From Euryarchaeota archaeon UBA443 (GTDB lineage: Archaea > Thermoplasmatota > Poseidoniia > Poseidoniales > Poseidoniaceae): a stretch of 62,010 nucleotides of DNA. The notes under the pieces are model-generated. The model saw nothing but the letters and a program-made list of their open reading frames with translations. It did no database searches and had not been told where the DNA came from. The first letter of the stretch is position 1. The number at the start of each line of letters is the position of its first letter. This document shows, piece after piece, positions 29,973 to 40,802 of this stretch. The translations under genes and the position numbers were made by a program. The stretch covers positions 1-62,010 of the forward strand of contig DAKS01000051.1 of NCBI GenBank assembly GCA_002499195.1, in the 5' to 3' direction.

Positions 29973-30988
29973 GCTCCCGAACCTCCCATCGATTCAGGGG
30001 CATCTACCTTTCGAGCTTCAATGGGTGACGCTAGTAAGTCTTCACTTGATTTTACTCCATAGCCAAAACGTTCCATTATGACGAGGAAGAGGTCTTCTAG
30101 TGATGCTTCGTATTCATGCATTCGACGTATTTGTGCACCTGTTTCTGCAGCACATTTGAGAATTCGATGCGTCGTCTTGTCACCATCATGACGAATCCGC
30201 ATCATCCGACCTTCTCGACGCACTTCAAGTCCTTCTTTTCCAAGCGCTATCTCGAGTTCACTTGCCATCCCCCACACATGAATTTCAATTTCTCGATCGA
30301 TCGCCTTCAAGTCCTCGATTCGACCTTGTGCAGCGAGTTTTCCTTTGTGAAGTAATACAATATTGCTACAAACTTGCTCAACATCTTCCATCAAGTGACT
30401 TGCCATAAGTACTGAACGATTGCCTGCATTGACCATGTTTGAGAGCGTGGTCAACATGGCTTGTCTTGCATGGGCATCAAGACCGTTTGATGGTTCGTCC
30501 GCAATGATTAGTTGTGGATCGTGAATGATTGAACAGGCCAATTTTGTCGCTTGTTTCATACCTGTCGAAAAAGAAGAAATTGGCCGATACCGTAATTCAC
30601 CAAGGCCGACATATTCCATAGCAGTGTGTGCCCTAGACATTGCAACAACTGGATTCATTCCAAGCAATTCACCACTGTAGCGAACCTGATGAATTGCATC
30701 CATATTATCATCAAGAGCATCATATTCAGGCATATATCCTATTTGTGAGCGAATGGCCAATCCCTCAGTCCGTATGTCATGCCCAAGAACACTACCTTCT
30801 CCTGAAGTTGCTTGAATGAGGCCAAGAATGGTTTTGAAAAAGGTCGATTTTCCCGCCCCATTTGGACCAAGGAGTCCCGTAGACCCCCGTTGAATTTGAA
30901 TGCTCAATTTGTCGAGAGCAACATGAGGACCATAGGATTTGGTCAACTCCTGAGTCTCGATAATGAGGTCATTCGACATTGTTCTCAT
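29969..30988 (-). CDS. ABC transporter ATP-binding protein
   Basis: GPNGAGKST, FSTGMKQ, ADEPSNGLD, ASHLM, SLEDLF. Confidence 0.92.
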   Translation of the reverse strand: MRTMSNDLIIETQELTKSYGPHVALDKLSIQIQRGSTGLLGPNGAGKSTFFKTILGLIQATSGEGSVLGHDIRTEGLAIRSQIGYMPEYDALDDNMDAIHQVRYSGELLGMNPVVAMSRAHTAMEYVGLGELRYRPISSFSTGMKQATKLACSIIHDPQLIIADEPSNGLDAHARQAMLTTLSNMVNAGNRSVLMASHLMEDVEQVCSNIVLLHKGKLAAQGRIEDLKAIDREIEIHVWGMASELEIALGKEGLEVRREGRMMRIRHDGDKTTHRILKCAAETGAQIRRMHEYEASLEDLFLVIMERFGYGVKSSEDLLASPIEARKVDAPESMGGSGA

Positions 30989-31030
30989 CAAACACACGAA
31001 AAGGAAGTCCTTGAATCCTTTCACGTTACG

Positions 31031-33274
31031 TTATTTGAATGTCTTCGAAAAGTCACTTCGCGTTCGCACTGCAATACCTTTTCTGTAGCCAAGAGCTTCA
31101 TCCGCATCACACTGTGAAATACCATGTCCAATCAACGTGCCTTGCTCATCGACGATGAAGCATGTTTGTCCAGCCTTGAGCCAAGGATCGCAGGACACAA
31201 TAAATCCATGGAATACATTTCGACCACGTAGTACAAATTCGACAGCATCTTGTTCAACAACAAGGATAGGAGGACCTTCTCCTCTCCCTACATAGGGACT
31301 AAATCCATCATCTGCAAAGTCTGAATTTGAACGTCGTTCATGAATGGCTTTCGAACCTAAATCAGTGATTGAAATACCACCGTCTGTCAGCCTTGGGCTT
31401 AGAATATGATTTCCATTCTTATCGATTACATTCTTGACACGGCCAGTTCCACCGATGACATAAGTACAGGAATCTATGAGTTCTACAGCGTCATTGTAGT
31501 TTACATTTGCAAGCACTATGAGTTTGTCGAGGATTTGTCTTCGACGTAATTCGTCACGAAGTTTAGGTAGTTGTGAATCATCGACGATAAGTTCCTCTTT
31601 GAGAAGACCATGCTTGATTAGAAGATTTGATGCTTGTTGAATCAACTTATCTTGGCCGATATCAAGAATCAATATTCGATCTGCCTCGATGTGCAATCGC
31701 TGAAGTTCTTCGCGGAGCACGACCATGTTGAGCCGACGTTTCCAAAGCCATGTAGGTCCATCCACCTGAGCAAATGGGTTCAGATCTTCAAGTGAATACG
31801 GCAATAATCCTAGCGGTGTTTGGACAAGAATCTCTAGGTCAGGAAGTACACTCTTAAGCCGCAGTACAAGCAGGTCGCAACGTTGTCTCCATGGACCTGG
31901 TTTTCCATTAAGAATCAAAACGTCAGATGAACCCGAGGATTCTGGCCTCCACCGCTGTTGTAAATGTTTACGCGCTACAAGAATATGTGGTCGAGATAAC
32001 GTATCTTCTCCGCCCCATCGCTCGCCTTTCTTTCTCTGTATTGCTTGTCTGTCGACAACTTGTGACCAATCCTGTTCCCAAATTCCACCATTTGGATGGT
32101 GTTCACGTGCAGCCGTTCGATCATCTTGAACCAAATCTTCCAATGATTCCGAGGGCATACCTGATGGCAATGGACGTGTTGTCAACCACAAGAACGCTTC
32201 ACGCAGTGCAGGGTGTTGATGGCTTCGTTGCTCAGCAAGTTGCCAGATTGTTCCTTCATGGACGGCTTGTTTACAACGAGAAAGTTCGGCCAGTGTCACT
32301 TCAAGATTGTACCGTGAAAGGAGAACTGTTCGCTCTTCATCATCCAATTTCCGTACTGCTTCAGGAGTCCAATTGACTACACATGGAACCAATTCTGGCC
32401 AAGAGTGAATATCGTTCAATCGATATGTTCCTTGAGGAGAAAGCAAACGATTATCTCGGGCAAAAATCGCATATGCAGCAGAATCAAACAAGTCCGCACC
32501 AAGGGCGATCAACATCGAGAACAACATCGGATGTCCACATCCAAACATATGCCGAGGTCTTTCGGGAGGTAGTTCACCTATCGTTGCTAACATGATTTTT
32601 GCGAGGTCTTTGTATCTGTGTTGTTCCATGATTGGAACGATTCCTCCGATGGGATGGATTGCGAAATCAAACCGCCCCATATTTTGAGCGGATTGTTTCC
32701 TCAAATGTCGATAAATACCTCCTTGAATAGGCCCGTTTAGCATAACGTTTTGAGCAGCTTTCAAAGACTCTTCACAACGTTCAATCGTCGTTTTAACAGC
32801 CTTTTTCACCTCCTCTTCAGTCATATCGGGACGACTGAATACATCGAGCATTGTTGCGATATCTACACCGATCGAACGTTGAAACTCAACAATTTCTTCC
32901 ACTCCAACCTCAACATCTCCATAGACATAGGATTGAAACGTACCTGAATCGGTCATGATCACTCCTGGATAATTGAGAAGGTCATGAACGCCTTTTTCGA
33001 CGGCATGCTGTTTTAGATCATCGTGCTTCCAGATGATGTAGGAATTGGTTATCAAACCTTGAATTCCGTAGCGATCCCACATCTCTCTCGGCTCGATCGT
33101 TCGAATGTTTGGATTGATGACCGGCAACAGTGCAGGAGTCTCAAGAATGCCATGTGACGTATGCAGTTTCCCGATGCGTGCACAACCGTCTCGAGCAACG
33201 ACTTCGAATTTGCCTCGATCGCTCTCACGACTCGGTTCGGGATCATCTCTTGTCCCATCCATCCATGCAGTCAT
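31031..33274 (-). CDS. tgtA: Archaeal tRNA-guanine(15) transglycosylase with C-terminal PUA domain
   Basis: ARIGKL, ETPALLPVINP, ITNSYI, MTDSGTFQ, HMFGCGHP, DLFDSAAY; PUA-like tail (GRNVF...GIAVRTR). Confidence 0.92.
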   Translation of the reverse strand: MTAWMDGTRDDPEPSRESDRGKFEVVARDGCARIGKLHTSHGILETPALLPVINPNIRTIEPREMWDRYGIQGLITNSYIIWKHDDLKQHAVEKGVHDLLNYPGVIMTDSGTFQSYVYGDVEVGVEEIVEFQRSIGVDIATMLDVFSRPDMTEEEVKKAVKTTIERCEESLKAAQNVMLNGPIQGGIYRHLRKQSAQNMGRFDFAIHPIGGIVPIMEQHRYKDLAKIMLATIGELPPERPRHMFGCGHPMLFSMLIALGADLFDSAAYAIFARDNRLLSPQGTYRLNDIHSWPELVPCVVNWTPEAVRKLDDEERTVLLSRYNLEVTLAELSRCKQAVHEGTIWQLAEQRSHQHPALREAFLWLTTRPLPSGMPSESLEDLVQDDRTAAREHHPNGGIWEQDWSQVVDRQAIQRKKGERWGGEDTLSRPHILVARKHLQQRWRPESSGSSDVLILNGKPGPWRQRCDLLVLRLKSVLPDLEILVQTPLGLLPYSLEDLNPFAQVDGPTWLWKRRLNMVVLREELQRLHIEADRILILDIGQDKLIQQASNLLIKHGLLKEELIVDDSQLPKLRDELRRRQILDKLIVLANVNYNDAVELIDSCTYVIGGTGRVKNVIDKNGNHILSPRLTDGGISITDLGSKAIHERRSNSDFADDGFSPYVGRGEGPPILVVEQDAVEFVLRGRNVFHGFIVSCDPWLKAGQTCFIVDEQGTLIGHGISQCDADEALGYRKGIAVRTRSDFSKTFK

Positions 33275-33309
33275 ACAACGGCCCCCAAAACCTCTTCTTT
33301 TCAATTACC

Positions 33310-33765
33310 CTATGGTACATCGATGAATTCGACGTTTCCATGTGCGAGAATGAATTCCCTGCCAAGTTCATCGAATGTATCGAGGAGGGTAGAGGAGAAT
33401 CGAATATGATCAATTTCGGAGTCGGCTTCCAAGTCATTGCGAACACCTTGAAGCGTCCCAGGTGCAGCACCGCAGGAAAGACAAGCACCTGTTAAATCGA
33501 GTACGAAGTTGAAGCCTGATTCGCCTTTGTCCCACATGGACACTGCAATGCCGCCTCCATGGCCATCAAGAGCCGCCCGTACTGAACCTAACCTAGAAAG
33601 CAAAACAGGAACAATGTGTTCGGTTCCAACAGCATCGATGATTCGCGTGTTCCTCAGTCGCTCCTCTTCTTCCGCATCGGTTTTTTCAGCGATTCGACGA
33701 TTGGCCTCCTCTTCCATCGCTTTCTGGGCTTCAAGCGCATAGGCTCGAACCAAATCGTCGTCCAT
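33310..33765 (-). CDS. NifU/Nfu-like Fe-S carrier domain protein
   Basis: LDGHGGGI...LTGACLSCGAAPGTL (Nfu CxxC). Confidence 0.82.
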   Translation of the reverse strand: MDDDLVRAYALEAQKAMEEEANRRIAEKTDAEEEERLRNTRIIDAVGTEHIVPVLLSRLGSVRAALDGHGGGIAVSMWDKGESGFNFVLDLTGACLSCGAAPGTLQGVRNDLEADSEIDHIRFSSTLLDTFDELGREFILAHGNVEFIDVP

Positions 33766-33861
33766 GCGATGGCCAGATTGCAATTGCGTTTGAAATGTTG
33801 CAAAGGAGTAGTATCAGAAGTGATTACATCCATTGATAAGGGGGTGATGGTACCAATGAAC

Positions 33862-33870
33862 AGGTGAGGG
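33862..33870 (+). promoter_or_regulatory. Archaeal-type Shine-Dalgarno (AGGTGAGGG) before sufC; GAGGTGAT before sufB at 34615-34622
   Basis: Complementary to the archaeal 16S 3' end, just upstream of ATG. Confidence 0.55.
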
Positions 33871-33871
33871 C

Positions 33872-34615
33872 ATGACCGAAGTCTTGTTGCATGTAGAAAA
33901 TCTTCATGTTTCTGTTGCAGACACTCCGATTATACAGGGAATTAGCCTTGAAATCAAGCGTGGAGAAATTCACGCAATCATGGGTCGAAACGGATCAGGA
34001 AAGTCTACTCTCGCCAATGTCATCATGGGCCATCCCGCCTATGAAGTCACAAGTGGAACCATCCACTACAAAGGACAAAACATCGATGATATGGAAGTCT
34101 TTGAACGGGCACGTGCTGGAATGTTCCTCTCATTCCAATACCCTGCTTCCATTCCGGGTGTTCAAGTTGGAACCTTCTTGCGCAAGTCGGTAGCATCTGT
34201 ACGAGAAGAAGCACCATCGCCACGAGAATTTCGACAAGAATTGAACGAGGCTATGAAGCAACTCGACATGGACAGGTCGTTCCTATCCCGCTACGTCAAC
34301 GATGGATTTAGTGGTGGTGAGAAAAAGCGACTTGAAATCCTGCAAATGTTACTTCTTCAGCCCGATCTTGCACTTCTCGATGAAACCGATTCAGGTCTTG
34401 ATATCGATGCACTGCGAATCGTTGCGGACGGAATCAATGCTGTGGCAAAGGAGACTGGGTGCCTTATCATCACACACTATCAACGCCTTTTGGATTTGGT
34501 CAAACCAAATGTTGTTCATGTTTTAATCGATGGAAAAATCGTTGAAAGCGGCGGTCCTGAACTAGCAATTAAGCTGGAAAAGGAAGGATATGATTGGGCA
34601 GATGCCCTTGTTTGA
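33872..34615 (+). CDS. sufC: Fe-S cluster assembly ATPase SufC
   Basis: [45 protein letters not shown]. Confidence 0.96.
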   Translation: MTEVLLHVENLHVSVADTPIIQGISLEIKRGEIHAIMGRNGSGKSTLANVIMGHPAYEVTSGTIHYKGQNIDDMEVFERARAGMFLSFQYPASIPGVQVGTFLRKSVASVREEAPSPREFRQELNEAMKQLDMDRSFLSRYVNDGFSGGEKKRLEILQMLLLQPDLALLDETDSGLDIDALRIVADGINAVAKETGCLIITHYQRLLDLVKPNVVHVLIDGKIVESGGPELAIKLEKEGYDWADALV

Positions 34616-34624
34616 GGTGATTCA

Positions 34625-36031
34625 ATGACACAAGATGCTCAAGATGCTGTTGGCGACTACAAATACGGGTTCCACGACCCTGAAGATGCCACCATTCGTT
34701 TCGACAAGGGACTTAGTGAGCAGGTTGTTCGCGATATTTCGGAACTTAAGGGAGAACCTGAATGGATGACCGATATCCGAGTCAAAGCATATCATCATTT
34801 CATGGAACGGGAAATGCCAACTTGGGGTAACTGTGATTCACTTGCAGGTATTAATTTTGACAACGTGACCTATTTCCTTCGTTCATCGGATAAGACCGAA
34901 AAAGATTGGGACGATGTGCCCGATGACATCAAGCGCACGTTCGATCGTCTAGGTATTCCTGAGGCGGAACAAAAGTGGCTTGGCGGTGTCACCGCTCAGT
35001 ACGAAAGTGAAGCTGTGTATCATTCGATTCGGGAAGATCTCGAAGAACAAGGCGTTCTCTTTCTCGATATGGATTCCGGACTCAAGGAACACCCTGAAAT
35101 AATCAAGAAATATTTCGGAACGGTAGTTCCGCATACAGACAACAAATTTTCTGCACTCAATACAGCCGTTTGGTCAGGTGGCTCCTTCATCTATGTTCCA
35201 AAGGGAGTTCATGTAGAAATGCCTGTTCAGGCCTACTTCCGAATCAATGCAAAGAACATGGGGCAGTTCGAACGAACACTCATTATTGCAGACGAAGGTT
35301 CATCCATTCACTATGTCGAAGGCTGTACTGCTCCAACGTATTCCACCGATTCTCTTCACTCTGCTGTCGTTGAATTGATCGCAATGGAAGGTGCTAAGAT
35401 TCGTTATTCAACGATTCAGAACTGGTCGGCAAATGTCTACAATCTTGTTACCAAGCGTGGTGTTGCACACAAGAATGCTACTGTCGAATGGGTCGATGGA
35501 AACATTGGCTCGAAATTGACCATGAAGTATCCAGCGGTTTTGCTCAAGGGAGAAGGCGCTCATGCTGAGGTTATTTCCGTCGCATATGCAGGTGAAGGAC
35601 AACACCAAGATGCTGGAGCCAAGGTTCACCACCTCGCACCGAATACAACCTCGAACATCCTTTCAAAATCTATCTCGAAGAACGGTGGTAGATCTTCCTA
35701 CCGAGGGATGCTTCAAGTTACTCCTAAGGCATCTGGATGTCGTTCTAAAGTCGTCTGTGATGCACTCATGCTCGATGAAGATAGTCGTAGTGACACTTAC
35801 CCAACCATGGAAATAGGAAACTCGACCGCGGACCTTGAACATGAGGCAAGCGTCTCAAAAGTATCGGGTGACCAACTGTTCTACTTGATGAGCCGAGGCC
35901 ATACCGAAGAAGAGGCCATGGGAATGATCGTCAATGGATTCTTTGAACCCTTCACTCGAGAACTACCAATGGAATACGCTGTTGAACTCAACCGACTCTT
36001 GGAATTGGAAATGGAGGGCTCGATTGGATGA
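34625..36031 (+). CDS. sufB: Fe-S cluster assembly scaffold SufB
   Basis: [53 protein letters not shown]. Confidence 0.96.
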   Translation: MTQDAQDAVGDYKYGFHDPEDATIRFDKGLSEQVVRDISELKGEPEWMTDIRVKAYHHFMEREMPTWGNCDSLAGINFDNVTYFLRSSDKTEKDWDDVPDDIKRTFDRLGIPEAEQKWLGGVTAQYESEAVYHSIREDLEEQGVLFLDMDSGLKEHPEIIKKYFGTVVPHTDNKFSALNTAVWSGGSFIYVPKGVHVEMPVQAYFRINAKNMGQFERTLIIADEGSSIHYVEGCTAPTYSTDSLHSAVVELIAMEGAKIRYSTIQNWSANVYNLVTKRGVAHKNATVEWVDGNIGSKLTMKYPAVLLKGEGAHAEVISVAYAGEGQHQDAGAKVHHLAPNTTSNILSKSISKNGGRSSYRGMLQVTPKASGCRSKVVCDALMLDEDSRSDTYPTMEIGNSTADLEHEASVSKVSGDQLFYLMSRGHTEEEAMGMIVNGFFEPFTRELPMEYAVELNRLLELEMEGSIG

Positions 36032-37062
36032 CATCGTATCTCGATGCCATAGTTCCAAGTCGATCCGAACACCTCTGGCGCTATACGCCATGGTCAAGGG
36101 TTCATCCTGGAAATGTTGACACTGTTCCAGAAGTCGATTCTGCTATTGTCAATAGTGAGGATTTGAAATTGAATACGGTAGCTTTTGAATCGCTATCAAC
36201 TACAGATATTGCTCGGATTTTTCTTAACGAAATCATGCATGAAACCATAGTTGTGTCATGTGATGATGGAGAAGGACATGTCCACATTCATGCAGGAGGT
36301 CATGCTGTAGCAACACATCTGCACCTTTCGTGCTCAACTGCATCGAATATCGTAATCCATCTGCATGGTGAGCCGGATTGGTTTGGTCTTGCACTTACTG
36401 GGGACATCAATGCTAATGCACGATTGAGTGTGGGCATCATCAACGAACTGTCTTCTGACTCGGTAATGGTTCGCGTCGACGACTGGAACGTTCACAGGGA
36501 CGCTAGTTTCGAATTGGCTACACTATCCATGGGTGGGCATCGAAACAAATCCGATATTCGCTCAACACTCTTGGGAACAAACGCATCACTCAAGCAATTT
36601 ATTGCCGTACATGGTCATGGAACACGTCACGATGATCATCATATTGAGATTCATCATCAGCAACCGCATACAAATTCTCACCTACTTCTGAATGCGGTTT
36701 GTGACGACAGAAGTCATTCCATTGGAACAGGCTCTCTAACCATCGACGACATTGCGCAACATACCGATGCGGGTCAAGTTTTCCGAAATCTGCTATTGTC
36801 ACCATCCTCTCGGGCTGAGGCGATACCTGAACTCGAAGTATTGGCTAACGAAGTTGCTGCATCCCATGGTGCTGCTTCTGCCCCCATCAATCAAGAACAA
36901 TTACATTATCTCATGAGTCGTGGATTATCCAAAGATGAAGCAACTTCAATGATAGTTGAAGGTTTCCTCGTCGATTCATTCACTGACCTTGATTCAGACC
37001 ATGTTCGAGAAGCAATGCAGACTCGCTTAACGGTACATCTTGAATGTCAACTGATCGGGTGA
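36028..37062 (+). CDS. sufD: SufD
   Basis: EHLWRYT, NLLLS, IPELEV, ASHGA, YLMSRGL; position in the suf operon. Confidence 0.88.
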   Translation: MTSYLDAIVPSRSEHLWRYTPWSRVHPGNVDTVPEVDSAIVNSEDLKLNTVAFESLSTTDIARIFLNEIMHETIVVSCDDGEGHVHIHAGGHAVATHLHLSCSTASNIVIHLHGEPDWFGLALTGDINANARLSVGIINELSSDSVMVRVDDWNVHRDASFELATLSMGGHRNKSDIRSTLLGTNASLKQFIAVHGHGTRHDDHHIEIHHQQPHTNSHLLLNAVCDDRSHSIGTGSLTIDDIAQHTDAGQVFRNLLLSPSSRAEAIPELEVLANEVAASHGAASAPINQEQLHYLMSRGLSKDEATSMIVEGFLVDSFTDLDSDHVREAMQTRLTVHLECQLIG

Positions 37063-38258
37063 TGGACATGGTTATTCAAGATGATTTTCCAATCTTACAA
37101 CGTCAGGTCAATGGTCACCGACTAATTTACCTCGATAATGCTGCAACAACACAGAAACCCGCTGTTGTTATCGATGCGATGAACGATTACTACACTAAGC
37201 ATAACGCAAATGTTCACAGAGCGGTCCACACACTTGCAGGAGAAGCAACCGAAGGTTACGAAGCATGTCGAACATCACTCAAGTCATGGTTTAATGCTGA
37301 ACGTTGTATCTTAACCAGTGGAACCACCGAAGCCATCAATCTTGCAGCCCATGCTTGGGGCCATCCTCAACTGAAAGGACGAGCGATCGTCCTTACGGAG
37401 ATGGAACATCATAGCGACATTGTTCCATGGCAAATGCTTGCTGAAACGTTTGGTAATGAATTGCGATACGTTCCAGTAAAACCTGATTTAACACTCGATA
37501 TGGAGGCTCTGGAAGCATCCGTTGAAGGTGCAGGACTGGTTTGTGTTGTTCACACCTCCAACGTCCTTGGTGTGCGAAATCCAATCGAAGACATTATTCG
37601 AATTGCTCATGCTAACGGTGCAAAAGTTCTACTCGATGCGGCTCAAGGTGCCCCTCACTGTCAGATTAACATGGCTGAACTTGGAGCGGATATGATGGCT
37701 TTATCCGCGCACAAGATGTGTGGTCCAACAGGTATTGGATGCCTTCTAGTCAACGAAGAAACCTTCCAAGAAATGAAGCCGTTCATGGGCGGTGGTGATA
37801 TGATTGAAACCGTCACACTAGAAGGATCCACCTATCAAACAAACGAACATAGATTCGAAGCGGGAACACCCAAAATTGCCGAGGCAATAGGATGGAATGC
37901 AGCGCTCTCCTATCTTGGAGAACTTGACCTCGAAAAGCAACATCACCGACTCTTGGAAATCGCTCGCCATGTTGCAAATGAACTGCGTTCTATGGGCATG
38001 ACCGTGTATGGCCGTCATGATGATGGGGATTCATCGGTTGTATCCTTCCTCCACCCAACACTTCACAGCGAGGATTTCGCTCACCTTCTCGATGCATGCG
38101 GAGTAGCTGTTCGAACTGGCCATCACTGCGCTCAACCACTACTGCACCGTTTGGGCATCAGTGGCACTCTACGTGCCTCATTTTACATTTACAATACCAT
38201 GCAAGATGCGGAAGAGTTCTTGACACACGTACGTGCAATTTTGGAGCGATTTGCATGA
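37062..38258 (+). CDS. sufS: Cysteine desulfurase, SufS type
   Basis: YLDNAATTQKP, ANVHR, EHHS, SAHKM, FEAGTP, RTGHHCAQP. Confidence 0.95.
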   Translation: MDMVIQDDFPILQRQVNGHRLIYLDNAATTQKPAVVIDAMNDYYTKHNANVHRAVHTLAGEATEGYEACRTSLKSWFNAERCILTSGTTEAINLAAHAWGHPQLKGRAIVLTEMEHHSDIVPWQMLAETFGNELRYVPVKPDLTLDMEALEASVEGAGLVCVVHTSNVLGVRNPIEDIIRIAHANGAKVLLDAAQGAPHCQINMAELGADMMALSAHKMCGPTGIGCLLVNEETFQEMKPFMGGGDMIETVTLEGSTYQTNEHRFEAGTPKIAEAIGWNAALSYLGELDLEKQHHRLLEIARHVANELRSMGMTVYGRHDDGDSSVVSFLHPTLHSEDFAHLLDACGVAVRTGHHCAQPLLHRLGISGTLRASFYIYNTMQDAEEFLTHVRAILERFA

Positions 38259-38665
38259 CTTATCCTCAACAACTCGCAGAATTAATCGAAGACTTTCAAT
38301 CCATTGAAGATCGAATGGAGCGACTTGAATATGTCTTTGATCTAGCATCGGAAGTGAATGAACTTCCAACAGAACAATGGAACGATATCACACGGATTCA
38401 AGGATGTCAATCCGAAGCACATATCCGGGTTGATATCGATGAGAACAATGTAAATCTCTTTTCAGGTGCTGATTCCAAACTCGTCCAAGGACTGATGGGT
38501 ATCTTGACCATCGCTATCGATGGTCAACCGTTGGACATTGCTTTGTCATTAACGCCTGAATTTGCCGTTGAAATGGGTATCTTGAATTCACTCTCTCCAT
38601 CCCGAAGTAATGGGTTTAGAAACATGTTTGACAAAGTGATGAATGAGTTACAGGAGATGAAATAA
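38255..38665 (+). CDS. sufE: SufE sulfur-acceptor protein
   Basis: RIQGCQS (active Cys), ADSKLVQG, LSPSRSNGF; ATGA overlap with sufS. Confidence 0.88.
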   Translation: MTYPQQLAELIEDFQSIEDRMERLEYVFDLASEVNELPTEQWNDITRIQGCQSEAHIRVDIDENNVNLFSGADSKLVQGLMGILTIAIDGQPLDIALSLTPEFAVEMGILNSLSPSRSNGFRNMFDKVMNELQEMK

Positions 38666-38982
38666 TGGTCAACGAAGAGCAAGTAATGCAAGCACTGCAG
38701 ACGGTTGAAGATCCAGAATTAGAGATTTCAATCGTTGATCTTGGACTGATTTATGCGGTTCGATTTGAGGATCGAGAAGAAGGTAAACATGCTGAAATCG
38801 ACTTGACGCTGACATCCCCTGGATGTCCAGCAGCACCAGAGATTATGGCTGCTGCTCATCGAGCTGCTCTACAAACAGATGGTTTGGATAGTGTCCATAT
38901 CAATCTGGTTTGGACTCCAAGATGGGACCCCAGAGTGCATGCTACAGAGGATGCCCGTATGGATATGGGTATCTGGGACTGA
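38665..38982 (+). CDS. sufT: DUF59/SufT metal-sulfur cluster assembly factor
   Basis: VEDPELEISIVDLGLIY, TLTSPGCP, LVWTPRW. Confidence 0.88.
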   Translation: MVNEEQVMQALQTVEDPELEISIVDLGLIYAVRFEDREEGKHAEIDLTLTSPGCPAAPEIMAAAHRAALQTDGLDSVHINLVWTPRWDPRVHATEDARMDMGIWD

Positions 38983-39486
38983 CTACTCTCCGACCTGAAG
39001 TGTCACATTATCGCCATCTTCGATGTCGAGGCGTTCTCGCAGAAACGGCCCTGAAATGACTTCTACAACATCTACGTGCCGTGTCAAATCTGGAATGAGA
39101 ATAGCACAATCGATAACGTGCTCTCCATGCGATATTTTCGCTTGGTAAGCTGTTGCTCCTCCGAAGGATACACCATCACGAAGAAACCCTCGGACACGTA
39201 ATGCCTCAAATGCATCTACATTGACCTTTCTCGCTTGTTCAAGCAAACTTACATCAGCATCTAGTGTATCGATTCCGGCCTTATTTCTCAATGCGATATA
39301 GTGAATCAAATGTTCATGCTCAACCTTGATGTTGAGCGTACCTGGCCAAGCAGTTGTTCCAAGAATTGTTCGAAACTGTTCTTGGTAATGTGGTTGTGAC
39401 ATGAATACATGGGCTCGACCTAAGCCACTGCTGACAATTCCATTCAGTTGCACAAATCTATGCGAGACTATCTCCCTTTTCATCAT
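38983..39486 (-). CDS. ribK: CTP-dependent riboflavin kinase (archaeal, DUF120)
   Basis: GIVSSGLG, WPGTLN, SFGG, EVIS...LRERL..EDGD. Confidence 0.88.
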   Translation of the reverse strand: MMKREIVSHRFVQLNGIVSSGLGRAHVFMSQPHYQEQFRTILGTTAWPGTLNIKVEHEHLIHYIALRNKAGIDTLDADVSLLEQARKVNVDAFEALRVRGFLRDGVSFGGATAYQAKISHGEHVIDCAILIPDLTRHVDVVEVISGPFLRERLDIEDGDNVTLQVGE

Positions 39487-39551
39487 GCGTATTGAAGCAA
39501 CATCTCACAAAAACCCTTAATCAACCACGTAGAGGAAGGAATAGTGAGACC

Positions 39552-40733
39552 ATGCCGGGCGACATGACGTGGATGAAACAACGCTTTGACGAATTGAATG
39601 AGAAGTCCTTGCTCTGGGAACCTCCTACCTTGGAAGGTCCCAATCAACCCCGTTGTACAATGGAAGGAAAAGCAACCATTATGCTCTCAGCCAACAACTA
39701 TCTCAACCTCACGACACATCCGAAGGTTGTCAAAGCCATGATCGAGGCCACTGCCGCATATGGTGCAGGTAGTGGATCGGTCCGTGCCATTGCGGGTACA
39801 ATGGATCTACATCTTGATGCTGAACGGACGGTAGCCGACTTCAAAGGCGTTGAAGCGGCTTTGATTTATTCCGCTGGTTATACCGCCAACGTTGGACTCA
39901 TACCCACCTTGGTTCAAGGCCCTCAAGACGTCATTATCAGTGATGAATTGAATCATGGTTCAATCATTGATGGTGTACGACTAACAAAGGCCCGACGTGG
40001 CGTTTATGCCCACAACGATATGGGTGAGCTTGAGGCTGTTCTTAGAGCACATGAAGATGCGGAACGAAAACTTATCATCACAGATGGAGTTTTCTCGATG
40101 GATGGTGATTATGCTCCACTCGATGAAGTCAACAAACTTGCTGAAGAATTCGGTGCAATGGTTCTGGTCGATGATTGCCATGGGGAAGGAGTTCTTGGCG
40201 AAGGCGGTCGCGGCATTGTTGACCATTTCAAATTACAAGGTAAGGTTGATTTTGAAGTTGGATCCTTTTCCAAAGCTCTAGGAGTTCAAGGAGGAATCCT
40301 TGCTGGGACCGAAATGACCCGAACACATGCATTGAATCACTCAAGGTCATGGCTTCTATCTGGATCTCAACCTCCAGGTGTAGCGGCTGCCCAAAAAGCA
40401 GCTATTGAAGTGCTCATGGAGGAACCTGAACATCATGCAAAACTTTGGGATAATACCAATTATTTCCGAAAAGAATTGCAATCACTCGGTTTTGATACAG
40501 GTGTTTCTACCACACCAATCATACCGATTATGTGTGGAGAATCCTCAACGGCAAAGGCCATGACAACTCATCTTCAGAAAGAGGGAGTTATGGCAGGAGC
40601 AATCGTGTTCCCTATGGTCGCTCGAGATAAAGCCAGAATTCGAACTCAGATGTCTTCTGGTTTGTCAAGAGAGGATTTGGACGAAGTTTTGAGACTCTTG
40701 GAATCCATTGGACCGAAAGTCGGACTCATTTGA
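39552..40733 (+). CDS. Alpha-oxoamine synthase, glycine C-acetyltransferase/8-amino-7-oxononanoate synthase (Kbl/BioF) type
   Basis: NNYL, GSVRAIAGT, SDELNHGSIIDG, DGVFSMDGD, DDCHGEGVLG, SKALG, ARIR. Confidence 0.9.
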   Translation: MPGDMTWMKQRFDELNEKSLLWEPPTLEGPNQPRCTMEGKATIMLSANNYLNLTTHPKVVKAMIEATAAYGAGSGSVRAIAGTMDLHLDAERTVADFKGVEAALIYSAGYTANVGLIPTLVQGPQDVIISDELNHGSIIDGVRLTKARRGVYAHNDMGELEAVLRAHEDAERKLIITDGVFSMDGDYAPLDEVNKLAEEFGAMVLVDDCHGEGVLGEGGRGIVDHFKLQGKVDFEVGSFSKALGVQGGILAGTEMTRTHALNHSRSWLLSGSQPPGVAAAQKAAIEVLMEEPEHHAKLWDNTNYFRKELQSLGFDTGVSTTPIIPIMCGESSTAKAMTTHLQKEGVMAGAIVFPMVARDKARIRTQMSSGLSREDLDEVLRLLESIGPKVGLI

Positions 40734-40802
40734 GTAAATTTCAGTATATTTAGATCTTGTCGAAATCTTCCACGATGGAGGATACTTCAGAAAACAAATA
40801 TC

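Noticed and set aside
38096-38254. Long N-terminal extension of SufE in the ORF track
   Set aside because: Overlaps sufS; the ATGA-coupled start at 38255 gives a normal-length SufE
39552-40733. Serine palmitoyltransferase (sphingolipid pathway together with the IPC-synthase-like gene)
   Set aside because: Motifs (GSVRAIAGT, DDCHGEGVLG) fit Kbl/BioF better, and the genes are over 11 kb apart
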